Below are positions 26,462 through 35,575 of a DNA stretch of 53,592 bases, one piece after another; position 1 is the first letter of the stretch; every line of letters begins with the position of its first letter. The notes under the pieces are model-generated. The model had not been told where the DNA came from and did no database searches. It saw nothing but the letters and a program-made list of their open reading frames with translations. The position numbers and the translations under genes were made by a program. The stretch is from Anaerolineales bacterium (GTDB lineage Bacteria; Chloroflexota; Anaerolineae; Anaerolineales; UBA11657), in assembly GCA_036011785.1 (NCBI GenBank), contig DASCOB010000158.1, forward strand, positions 1 to 53,592, written 5' to 3'.

Positions 26462-28126
26462 TTATTTATCCCCTCGCCCGGAAAGGATCATCCAGGCCAG
26501 GGGCAGTAAAGCGCCTATTAGCAGGGTTCTCCCGAGCAGAACCTCTCCGCCAGAGTAAAGTTGAGCGCCTCCCGAAAGAAGCACAGCGAAAATCAACGCT
26601 CCTGCCAGCCGGCGCACAGAAAGTTCAAGTCTTCCCACTTGGTCGGCGACCTGCGGAATGCGCACCGCCAGGTCGCCCTGCTGCATCTTGGTGAGTACCA
26701 CATCTATGCGCCTTGGCGTTTCGACGAGCGCACGCACAAAAGCCCCTAGTTCATCTTTCCAGAATTCCCAGTTCGAAGTAGCCTCCGCAGCGACCAATTT
26801 CTGCGCGAACGGTGCGATGCTCTCCCAGAAGTTGAATTCGGGATGCAGGCCGGTGCATATACCTGACAGAATCGCGACCGTCCTGCCCAGCAGGATCAAG
26901 TCCTGGGGAACCTGAAAGGGCATCGAGAAAACCACTTCGCGAAACTCGCTTGCGAATTCTCGCATCTCTTCTATGCTGATCCCTCGCAGCTCGCTCATGC
27001 TCCTGCCCCAGAAACGGTCCAGCGCCATGGCCTCGGCTCGCTCCAGAAGCGCCAGGTCTGCCTGTGGCAGCAACACCCCTAGCAGCTGGTAGGATTTCAC
27101 CAATCGCTCCGGATTTTTTGTGCCCAGCGCAATGGCAAGTTCCCGCAATCCGGCGCGCAAGTCGGGCGACACGTTTCCCGCCATGCCAAAATCCACAAAA
27201 GTGAGCATCCACTTGTCTCCTGCTGTCGGGGGCGAGATGAACAAGTTGCCGGGGTGCGGGTCGGCGTGAAAGAAACCATCCTCGAATATCTGAAGCAGGT
27301 AGACTTCGAACAGGCGCGCGGCGACCTCATCGCGTTCGACGCCGGCCGCGGTTATGGCCTCGTAATCTGTGATTTTGATCGCGTACACGTCCTCTAAAGT
27401 GAGCACGCGCTTGGTCGTGTGCGTCCAGGCCACTGCCGGCACGCGCACACCGGGCCTGCCATGAAAATTGGCGGCGAAGGTCTCGGCATTGTGCCCTTCG
27501 GCCAAATAGTCAATCTCACCGTAAATTATGCGGGTGAATTCGGCCAACAGTGAGGGCACGTCAGCGCGCCGGCGGATGGGCCGGTAGCGCTGCAGCCAGC
27601 CGCCCACGGTACGGAGTGCTGCTAGGTCGGTGGCAATGACGGCCTCTATATCGGGGCGCTGCACCTTCACGACTACATCCTTGATCTGGCCTTGTTCGCT
27701 CAGCGCATCGCCCTCCGCCAACGTGGCTCGGTGAACTTGACCCAGCGAGGCAGCCGCAAGCGGAGTCTCATCGAACGACGCGAATCTCTCTGATAGCGGA
27801 GCGCCTAGTTCAGCTTCCGCCAGGCGGCGAATGTCGGCAAAGTCCTCTGGCGGTACCTCATCTTGCAGTGCGGTCAATTCAGATGTGATTTCGTCGGGCA
27901 GCATGTCCACGCGGGAGGAGAGGAATTGACCCACCTTAATAAGCACGCCGCCCATCTGTATGGAAAGGGCGCGGAAATCAGCGGCAATCCGCCGCAGGCG
28001 ACTGGGCCGTGTGCGCCTTACCCAGCCGCGCAAACCAATCCGGGCCAACATCAAATCCCATAGAATAAGACTGACGGTAACCCGAAAGAAGAAAAGCACG
28101 ATGCGGCGGTAACGAGTTCGGAGCAT
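26462..28126 (-). CDS. ABC1/UbiB-family atypical kinase
   Basis: Start taken at MLRTRYRR (ATG 28126). Contains GGVLIKVGQFLSSRVDMLP, ASLGQVHRA, VVKVQRP and FFHADPHPGNLF, the ABC1 family hallmarks. Two C-terminal TM helices. Confidence 0.8.
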   Translation of the reverse strand: MLRTRYRRIVLFFFRVTVSLILWDLMLARIGLRGWVRRTRPSRLRRIAADFRALSIQMGGVLIKVGQFLSSRVDMLPDEITSELTALQDEVPPEDFADIRRLAEAELGAPLSERFASFDETPLAAASLGQVHRATLAEGDALSEQGQIKDVVVKVQRPDIEAVIATDLAALRTVGGWLQRYRPIRRRADVPSLLAEFTRIIYGEIDYLAEGHNAETFAANFHGRPGVRVPAVAWTHTTKRVLTLEDVYAIKITDYEAITAAGVERDEVAARLFEVYLLQIFEDGFFHADPHPGNLFISPPTAGDKWMLTFVDFGMAGNVSPDLRAGLRELAIALGTKNPERLVKSYQLLGVLLPQADLALLERAEAMALDRFWGRSMSELRGISIEEMREFASEFREVVFSMPFQVPQDLILLGRTVAILSGICTGLHPEFNFWESIAPFAQKLVAAEATSNWEFWKDELGAFVRALVETPRRIDVVLTKMQQGDLAVRIPQVADQVGRLELSVRRLAGALIFAVLLSGGAQLYSGGEVLLGRTLLIGALLPLAWMILSGRGDK

Positions 28127-28223
28127 GGCAAGCGGATTATAACAACCCCGCCGACGCCGTGCACGACTTGCTCGCATCAGCAGTCCGTGAGACAATTGCG
28201 CGTGGGAGTGCACAGAGCAGCGC

Positions 28224-28994
28224 ATGAACGACGCCACCGAGCCAGCAGCGGCCAGTGTCAAGCCGCCAACCCCATCCCCTGAAACAATTACCTTTAAGCG
28301 CAGTCATTTCTACATTGCGCTCGCGCCGATGATGTTCGTCTGCGGGTTAGCTGCTGGTTACTTAATCTGGGGGCGGGCGCAGGCGGCTTCCGGTGACGCG
28401 GGAGCACTGCCTGGGGGTGAGGAGAGTGGCCCAGCGCGGGCCGTGCCGGCGCCGGCGCCGGAGCAACAGCGCGTTGCGGTGAGCGCTGACGATGACCCCT
28501 CTCTTGGCCCGCAGAACGCGCCCATCACCATCGTCGAATTCAGTGATTTTGAGTGCCCGTACTGTGTGCGCTTCAGCCGGGACACACTGGTGCCGCTGCT
28601 GGAGACCTATCCGCAACAGATTCGCTTTGTCTATCGTGATTTTCCACTGGTGAATATCCACCCTAACGCGCGGCCCGCAGCGGAGGCGGCACAGTGTGCT
28701 TTTGCGCAGGGAAGATTTTGGGAGTTCCATAACGGCATTTTCCAGAATCAGTCGCGGATGGGAGAGGCGCTCTATCTGGAACTGGCGGCGGAGTTGGGCC
28801 TGGATCAGGCGGAGTTTGAGCAGTGCGTCAATTCAAGGCGGTTTGCAGATGAGGTCGCTGCGGATATGAACGCAGCGCGCGAACTGGGAATAACCGGCAC
28901 GCCAACTTTCTTCATTAATGGCCGACCGCTGGTCGGCTCGCAGCCGCTGCAGGCTTTTGTGGCCATTATCGAAGTGGAACTAAGCGCACAATAA
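28224..28994 (+). CDS. DsbA-family thiol:disulfide oxidoreductase with an N-terminal membrane anchor
   Basis: 256 aa. Thioredoxin-fold active site is FSDFECPYCVRF, with GTPTFFINGR near the C-terminus. TM segment: FYIALAPMMFVCGLAAGYLIW. Confidence 0.8.
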   Translation: MNDATEPAAASVKPPTPSPETITFKRSHFYIALAPMMFVCGLAAGYLIWGRAQAASGDAGALPGGEESGPARAVPAPAPEQQRVAVSADDDPSLGPQNAPITIVEFSDFECPYCVRFSRDTLVPLLETYPQQIRFVYRDFPLVNIHPNARPAAEAAQCAFAQGRFWEFHNGIFQNQSRMGEALYLELAAELGLDQAEFEQCVNSRRFADEVAADMNAARELGITGTPTFFINGRPLVGSQPLQAFVAIIEVELSAQ

Positions 28995-29138
28995 TAAAGC
29001 GGTTAGGAAGCCTTTGTTTTGATTTCACCACAAAGACACAAAGGGTTCACAGGGTTCACCCACTTGCATCTGCGTTCAACTTTTGTTCTCAGTGTATTTG
29101 TGGTGGATCTATCTGTTCAACGTTTACAGAGGTGATTG

Positions 29139-31142
29139 ATGCTCACCCTGACAGAAAAACTGCTATTTCCTACAATCGTACTGTTGTCATTGGCGCTCAG
29201 CTATCGTAACTTCCGTCTGGTTTTTGAGATAGTGCGCCGCGGCCAACCGGACTTGGCGTTGGATGCTTTGCCGCAGCGAATGTGGCGTGCGCTGGATGTG
29301 TTCCTTTCGCAGCGGACGGTGTTGCGCGCCCGCCCGGGCACAAGCCTGTTGCACGTTTTCGTGGCTTGGGGTTTCACCTATTATTTTTTGGTCAACCTTG
29401 GGGATGTGCTCGAGGGGTTTATCCCCCATTTTCGTTTTCTGGGCGAGGGTCCGCTGGGAGGGCCTTATCGCTTGGGCGCAGACCTGCTGAGTGTGGCGGT
29501 GCTTGTGGGCGTGGTTTATTTTTTGCTACGGCGTTTTGGAACGCGGGCGCCCCAGTTGACCATCGCGGAAAACGTGAAATTGCATCCCAAAGCGGTCGCC
29601 GGGCTGCGGCAAGATTCACTGATTGTGGGTGTGTTCATCTTGCTGCATGTGGGATTTCGCTTTATTGGCGCGAGCACGCTGATTGCAGCGCACGGCGCGG
29701 ATGGCTGGCAGCCGTTTGGCTCGCTGGCTGCTGTACTGTGGACTGAGCTATCACCGGCCGGATTGGTGGCGCTGGAGCATGCTGCGTGGTGGATGGCGCT
29801 GGGTCTGATTCTGCTCTTTATGCCATATTTCCCTTTTAGCAAGCACCTGCATCTGATCATCGCGCCGATTAATTATCTGACGCGGCCGCGACGCGAGGCG
29901 CTGGGAGCACTGGCACCGATGGATTTCGATGATCCCAAAATGGATGAGTTCGGCGTGCAAAGGCTGGAGCAGCTCGGTCAGACGCAGTTGCTGGATGCAT
30001 TTGCCTGTATCATGTGCAACCGCTGCCAGGATGTTTGTCCAGCTTATGTGACCGGTAAAGAGCTTTCGCCATCAGCGCTGGAGGTCAACAAGCGATACAT
30101 GCTTAATAGCGACATGGCGGCGCTGGCGAGTGGAGCGGCATCTGCGCCGCTGGTCGGGAACGCAATTAGCGAATCGGCGCTGTGGGCGTGCACCACTTGT
30201 GGCGCGTGTGTGGAGATTTGCCCGGTGGGGAATGAGCCGATGTTCGACATTGTGGGGATGCGCCGCTATCAGGTGTTGACTGCGGGTGAGTTCCCCGGCC
30301 AGCTGCAAAATGCCTTCAACGGCATGGAACGGCAGGGTAACCCGTGGCAGATGAGCGAAGACCGTATGGCCTGGGCTGCCGGTTTGGATGTGCCCACTGT
30401 GGAGGATAACCCGGACTTTGAGTATCTGTACTGGGTGGGTTGCGCCGCCAGTTATGAGCCGCGCGCGAAGGAAGTGGCGCGCGCGTTCGTCAAAATCATG
30501 AATGTGGCCGGCGTCAATTACGCGGTCTTGGGTGATCAGGAAAGTTGCACTGGCGATACCGCGCGCCGTGCCGGCCACGAATATCTCTTCTTCGAAATGG
30601 CTGTGGCCAATATCGAGACTTTGAACGGCGTCGGCGCGCGCCGGATTGTGGCGACCTGCCCGCACTGCCTGCATTCGCTGGGTGTGGAGTACGCGCAGTT
30701 TGGCACGCAATTCGACGTGATTCACCACACCACGCTGATAAATGACCTGATTGGTGCGAGCAGATTGAAACAGAACGGCGCGGATGGTGGAACTCAGCGC
30801 GTGACCTTCCACGACCCGTGTTATCTGGGGCGACACAATGGCGTGTTCGCCGATCCGCGTGACGCGCTGGGCGCTGGCAAAGTTGAGTTGCTGGAGATGG
30901 CGCGGTCGCGCGAGAACTCCTTCTGCTGCGGTGCGGGCGGCGGTCAGATGTGGAAAGAGGAGGAGCCCGGAGACATCGGAGTGAACGCTTCCAGATTCGA
31001 AGAGGCTGCCGGTACGGGGGCGGACACGCTAGCTGTGGGTTGTCCTTTCTGCCTGGTTATGATGACCGACGCCAGCCGAGCCGCTAGCGAGAGTTTGCGC
31101 GTGCGCGATGTGGCTGAAATCGTGGCTGACTCCCTCACGTGA
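29139..31142 (+). CDS. Membrane-anchored HdrD/GlpC-like (Fe-S)-binding protein with CCG domains
   Basis: About 667 aa. The N-terminal ~250 aa are polytopic membrane. Two ferredoxin motifs are present, CIMCNRCQDVCP and CTTCGACVEICP. The C-terminal Cys-rich blocks include CPHC and FCCGAGGG (CCG-type). Confidence 0.7.
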   Translation: MLTLTEKLLFPTIVLLSLALSYRNFRLVFEIVRRGQPDLALDALPQRMWRALDVFLSQRTVLRARPGTSLLHVFVAWGFTYYFLVNLGDVLEGFIPHFRFLGEGPLGGPYRLGADLLSVAVLVGVVYFLLRRFGTRAPQLTIAENVKLHPKAVAGLRQDSLIVGVFILLHVGFRFIGASTLIAAHGADGWQPFGSLAAVLWTELSPAGLVALEHAAWWMALGLILLFMPYFPFSKHLHLIIAPINYLTRPRREALGALAPMDFDDPKMDEFGVQRLEQLGQTQLLDAFACIMCNRCQDVCPAYVTGKELSPSALEVNKRYMLNSDMAALASGAASAPLVGNAISESALWACTTCGACVEICPVGNEPMFDIVGMRRYQVLTAGEFPGQLQNAFNGMERQGNPWQMSEDRMAWAAGLDVPTVEDNPDFEYLYWVGCAASYEPRAKEVARAFVKIMNVAGVNYAVLGDQESCTGDTARRAGHEYLFFEMAVANIETLNGVGARRIVATCPHCLHSLGVEYAQFGTQFDVIHHTTLINDLIGASRLKQNGADGGTQRVTFHDPCYLGRHNGVFADPRDALGAGKVELLEMARSRENSFCCGAGGGQMWKEEEPGDIGVNASRFEEAAGTGADTLAVGCPFCLVMMTDASRAASESLRVRDVAEIVADSLT

Positions 31143-31157
31143 TGTGAACTCCAACCT

Positions 31158-33068
31158 ATGGTGAAACAACCCCTTGAGCAGCGGCGCCGTTTTCTAGCGC
31201 TTCTGTTGCTCGTGTTCGCTGCATGGGCGCTGCGGGCCCATCGGCTTGGTGCACAGGAATTGCGCGGCGATGAGGCCGGTTCGTGGAATTATGTTGTACA
31301 CGCCCCTGGGCCAATTGCACTGGTGGAACGCATCATTCGCGAGGGCGATCCGCATCCCCCGCTACATTACTGGGTGCTCCACGGGTGGGTCCGTATTTTC
31401 GGCGATAGCGAATGGATGTTGCGTGCGCCGTCGGCGCTTTTGAGCCTGCTTCTGGTAGTGTTGCTATATCAGTTCGGCGCACGCGCTGCGTCGCCTGACA
31501 TCGGCCTGAGCGCAGCGGCGATTGCAGCACTGCATCCCTTCCAAATCTGGCTCGCGCAGGACGTGCGCCACATGTACCAACTGGCTATCATATTTGGCCT
31601 GCTGGCCACGCTGCGGCTTCCTGGTTTAGTCCGCGGGCGCTCCCGCGATTGGTGGGTCTATGTGGCTAGCGCGACTCTGGCGATGTACAGCCACTATTAT
31701 GCGCTCTTCGGGCTAGTAGCCCATGGGGCTTATGTCTTCGCCCAGCTGGTGGGGACGAAGCGGATGCGCTGGCTCTTGGCCTCCGGCGCGGTGGCGATGC
31801 TGGTGTCGCCGTGGGCGGCGGTGATTCTTCCAGTATATGCAAGAGGGCAGTTGGCTGACCCCGCTCCCATTCCGCCACTGCAATTCCTCAGTAGCATCGC
31901 CGCCGATTTTTCACTCGGGCCGGTGGTTGTGCCTGCACTGGGTCTACCGGCAGCGGTGCTGGGCCTGATTCTAGCCGCGTATGGCGCTGCTGCCCTAAGT
32001 CGGAGCAGCAACCGAGCGTGGGCGGCGCTTCTGATTGCGTGGCCGTTGTTCACCCTCGCCGGGATGTATGCGGTGACCACCCGGCGCGGCACTTTCAATG
32101 CCTTCTACTTTCTGGTGGCCTTTCCGGCCGTCTATTTGCTGCTGGCTGCAGGTTGGCGCGCGCTGCTCACGCGGCCGCACGGCCACGTTCCGGCTGCTCT
32201 ACTGGCGTTGCTGGCCGCGGTGTTAACCTCGATTGCATTGGGTAATCACTATTCGGCGCCGCGGTGGAGCAAGAACCGGGGTCTGCGTGAGGTCGCGGAA
32301 ATCCTGCAATTGCAGGCACGCGCTGGAGACGTCTTCATCACCAATTTCCCGGACCCGGCTCAGGATTATTATCTGCGAGAGATGACACTCGTTCGCGCAA
32401 TGCTCCCGGAAGAGGCTGCGTCCACTCGCGCGGAAACGTCTTCGGCGCTGCATCAACTGGCCAGGCAATACCAGCGCATGTGGTTTGTGCCTATCGATGC
32501 GCGACAGTGGGATGCAGACGCGACCGTGCTGGACTTGCTCAATCAGGGTTACGTGCGCGAGGCGGCATACCCCGCGCGCAAACTGCGGCTGCTGCGCTAT
32601 ACCAGCGAACCGGCGAGCGCCGCTGGCAGCCGGAGCGTGGACGTTCTGTTCGCGGCCGGGCCGAGGCTGCAGTGGGCGCACGTGGCCGTCAACGGAATGC
32701 CAGCGAGGGAAGCGCTCTTGGCGGGCGATGGCGTGCGCGTCACACTGCTCTGGTCCGCCCCGAGCGCAAGCATCGAGGGCGACTACATCGTGTTCGTGCA
32801 CATGCTGGATTCCAACGGTATGCTGCTTGCCTCCCACGATGGCACTCCTGGCAACGGCAGCCGGGCCACATCCACGTGGCAGCCCGAGGAGAAAATTTTA
32901 GATGTGCATTCGTTTCACGTGCCCGTTCAGCTTCAGGGTGAGCGCTTCACTCTGTCAGTGGGGATGTATTCGCGCGACAAAGAAGAGCGGCAGGCCGTCG
33001 TGGGTGGGGGGGATTCTGTGGCTATCTTCGCATTCGACGCGGAGGCCGCTAGGGACATCTCCAACTGA
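31158..33068 (+). CDS. GT39/ArnT-PMT-like membrane glycosyltransferase (GT-C fold)
   Basis: 636 aa. About 10 N-terminal TM helices with an early acidic loop (ELRGDEAGSW), followed by a soluble C-terminal domain. This is the typical PMT_2 architecture. Confidence 0.6.
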   Translation: MVKQPLEQRRRFLALLLLVFAAWALRAHRLGAQELRGDEAGSWNYVVHAPGPIALVERIIREGDPHPPLHYWVLHGWVRIFGDSEWMLRAPSALLSLLLVVLLYQFGARAASPDIGLSAAAIAALHPFQIWLAQDVRHMYQLAIIFGLLATLRLPGLVRGRSRDWWVYVASATLAMYSHYYALFGLVAHGAYVFAQLVGTKRMRWLLASGAVAMLVSPWAAVILPVYARGQLADPAPIPPLQFLSSIAADFSLGPVVVPALGLPAAVLGLILAAYGAAALSRSSNRAWAALLIAWPLFTLAGMYAVTTRRGTFNAFYFLVAFPAVYLLLAAGWRALLTRPHGHVPAALLALLAAVLTSIALGNHYSAPRWSKNRGLREVAEILQLQARAGDVFITNFPDPAQDYYLREMTLVRAMLPEEAASTRAETSSALHQLARQYQRMWFVPIDARQWDADATVLDLLNQGYVREAAYPARKLRLLRYTSEPASAAGSRSVDVLFAAGPRLQWAHVAVNGMPAREALLAGDGVRVTLLWSAPSASIEGDYIVFVHMLDSNGMLLASHDGTPGNGSRATSTWQPEEKILDVHSFHVPVQLQGERFTLSVGMYSRDKEERQAVVGGGDSVAIFAFDAEAARDISN

Positions 33069-33995
33069 TCACTGTGCTGACATTAAACCCTCTAGTGCTG
33101 CGCCAAGGTCAGGGTATTGGAAGGTATAGCCGCACGCCTGCAAGTGCTGCGGTAAAGCGCGCTGGCCGCTCAGCAACATGGTGGCCATTTCTCCGAAAAG
33201 TACCCTAAACGCGAGCCCGGGCACCGGCAGCCAGTATGGATGCCGCAGCTCGTGTGCCAGCGCACGGGTGAACTCGGCGTTGGTCACCGGTTCCGGCGCG
33301 CTGATGTTGAAAATGCCGCGCGCGTCGTCATGTTCGATTAGGAAGCGTAATGCCCCCGCTGTGTCCGCCATGTGAATCCAGGGAAAGTACTGGCGGCCAC
33401 TACCGAGCCGACCGCCGACGAACATGCGCAGCGGCAGCGCCAGGCGCGGAAGTACCCCACCTGCTATGCTGAGCGGCATCCCGATGCGCGCCACTGCGCG
33501 TCGTACACCGTGTGCCTCCACATCCGCGGTCGAAGCTTCCCAGTCCTGGCATACGCTTGCGAGAAAATCGTTTCCAGCGGGTTGGCTCTCAGTGACGGCT
33601 TGCGCGCCGAGCGGCCCGTAGTAGCCCACCGCCGAGACCTGAATGAAGACGGTGGGTTTTCGCTCAGCCATGGAAATCGCGCCGGCAAGCACCCGACCTG
33701 AATCCACTCGACTGGCGCGAATACGTTTCTTTTTTTTCGACGTCCAGCGCAGCGGCAGCAACCCCGCACCGGGGATGCTCTCACCCGCCAGATTGAACAC
33801 CGCGTCTGTGTCTTCTAATTTATCTTTCCATCCGGAGAGAGTGCGACCATCCCATTGAAGCGCCCGCGCGCCGGAGGGCAGGGCGATGCTCGTGGCGCGG
33901 CGGCTGAGGACGGTCACGCCGTGCCCGGTGCGTAGCAGCTCATGCGTGAGCGCGCGGCCAATCAGGCCGCTGCCACCGGCGATTAGGGCGCGCAC
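33069..33995 (-). CDS. YfcH/SDR39U1-like (TIGR01777-type) epimerase-family protein
   Basis: Start taken at GTG 33995 (VRALIAGGSGLIGRALTHELL). The C-terminal DUF1731-like tail reads GSGRQYFPWIHMAD...FNISAPEPVTN...LLSGQRALPQHLQACGYTFQYPDL. Confidence 0.75.
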   Translation of the reverse strand: MRALIAGGSGLIGRALTHELLRTGHGVTVLSRRATSIALPSGARALQWDGRTLSGWKDKLEDTDAVFNLAGESIPGAGLLPLRWTSKKKKRIRASRVDSGRVLAGAISMAERKPTVFIQVSAVGYYGPLGAQAVTESQPAGNDFLASVCQDWEASTADVEAHGVRRAVARIGMPLSIAGGVLPRLALPLRMFVGGRLGSGRQYFPWIHMADTAGALRFLIEHDDARGIFNISAPEPVTNAEFTRALAHELRHPYWLPVPGLAFRVLFGEMATMLLSGQRALPQHLQACGYTFQYPDLGAALEGLMSAQ

Positions 33996-34017
33996 CGCTC
34001 TGTAGTCCCAGAAGCCA

Positions 34018-35541
34018 TCAGTCGCCGAACTGAATGCCCTGTGCCAGCGGCAATTCGTTCGACCAGTTGATGGTGGTGGTCTGCCGGCGCATGTAACCCT
34101 TCCATGCGTCCGAGCCGGCCTCTCGCCCGCCGCCGGTATCTTTCTCGCCGCCGAACGCGCCGCCAATTTCTGCTCCAGAGGTGCCGATGTTCACATTGGC
34201 AATGCCGCAGTCGGAGCCGCTTGCGGAAAGAAAACGTTCGGCGGTGCGCAAGTTGCCGGTGAAAATAGCGCTCGAGAGCCCCTGTGGCACCGCATTGTGC
34301 ATGGCAATCGCCTCCGACAACTCCTCGTATTCCATGACGTAAAGAATGGGCGCGAAGGTCTCTTCGCACACCAGTGCGGTTTGCTGTGGCATGCGCATGA
34401 TTGCGGGCCGTACAAAATGAGGTCCCAGTTCCGGTAGCCGCTCCCCTCCGGAGACCAGCTTGCCCCCGCTGGCGCGCGCGGTCTCGAGAGCGGCCATCAT
34501 AGCCTCCACTGCCTGGGCGTGCACCAACGGACCCATCAAGATACCATCCTGGAGTGGGTCACCCATTGGGACTTGCGCATAAGCTTTTGTTAGACGCCCA
34601 GTTAGCTTGTCCACGATTGAGCGATGTACGATTAATCTGCGCGTGGTCGTGCAGCGCTGGCCGGCGGTGCCCACGGCGCCAAACACGATAGCGCGCACTG
34701 TCAGGTCTAGGTTGGCGTCCGCGGTCACAATGATGCCGTTGTTGCCGCCCAGTTCCAGAATGGAGCGCCCGAGGCGCGCCGCCACCTGCTGACCCACCTG
34801 CCGGCCGGTGCGCACCGAACCGGTGAAGGAAATGAGCGGCAAGCGTGTGTCCTTCACCATGGTCTTTCCAATGCCCGTCCCGTCGCCTACCAGCAGATTG
34901 AACACGCCGGAGACATTGTGGTCGGCCATCACCTGGTTGGTGATGAGTTGCACTGCGATTGCAGTCAGCGGGGTGATTTCTGATGGCTTCCAGATGACTG
35001 TGTCTCCGCAAACGGCGGCGATTGCAGCGTTCCATGCCCAGGGTGCTCCGGGGAAATTAAACGCGGTGATGACCCCGATCGGGCCGAGCGGGTGCCACTG
35101 CTCGTACATGCGGTGACCGAGCCTCTCAGATTGCATGGTGAGGCCGTAGAGCTGGCGAGAGAGACCGACAGCGAAGTCGCAGATATCAATCATCTCCTGC
35201 ACCTCGCCAATGCCCTCCACGCGGATTTTACCCATCTCTAGGGCAATCAACTCGCCCAGCGGCTCGGCTTTTTCGCGGAGTGCGTTGCCCAGATCGCGCA
35301 CCAACTGGCCCCGCTGTGGTGCCGGGCGCTCGCGCCATGCGGCAAACGCGCCCGTGGCCTGCCCAATTACCTGCCCGTATGATTGCGTGCCGGCCGCCTG
35401 CACGCTGGCAATTGGCTGTCCGTCAGTTGGGTTGACGGAAACCACTTCTGCGCCGGAATCATCATCCAGCCATCCATCCACTCCATAGCATGCGCCGCGA
35501 TTGGATTCCGTTATCTTCAGTTCGCTCAGCAGGTTCCGCAC
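34018..35541 (-). CDS. Aldehyde dehydrogenase, ALDH7 / alpha-aminoadipic-semialdehyde (piperideine-6-carboxylate) dehydrogenase-like
   Basis: 507 aa. N-terminus LSELKITESNRGACYG..W....G..VVSVNPTDGQPIASV is typical of ALDH7. Also ELGGNN and the catalytic GQRCTT. Confidence 0.75.
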   Translation of the reverse strand: MRNLLSELKITESNRGACYGVDGWLDDDSGAEVVSVNPTDGQPIASVQAAGTQSYGQVIGQATGAFAAWRERPAPQRGQLVRDLGNALREKAEPLGELIALEMGKIRVEGIGEVQEMIDICDFAVGLSRQLYGLTMQSERLGHRMYEQWHPLGPIGVITAFNFPGAPWAWNAAIAAVCGDTVIWKPSEITPLTAIAVQLITNQVMADHNVSGVFNLLVGDGTGIGKTMVKDTRLPLISFTGSVRTGRQVGQQVAARLGRSILELGGNNGIIVTADANLDLTVRAIVFGAVGTAGQRCTTTRRLIVHRSIVDKLTGRLTKAYAQVPMGDPLQDGILMGPLVHAQAVEAMMAALETARASGGKLVSGGERLPELGPHFVRPAIMRMPQQTALVCEETFAPILYVMEYEELSEAIAMHNAVPQGLSSAIFTGNLRTAERFLSASGSDCGIANVNIGTSGAEIGGAFGGEKDTGGGREAGSDAWKGYMRRQTTTINWSNELPLAQGIQFGD

Positions 35542-35575
35542 GGTGTCCTCCCAGGGAGCATCGGTTCAGTGTAGT

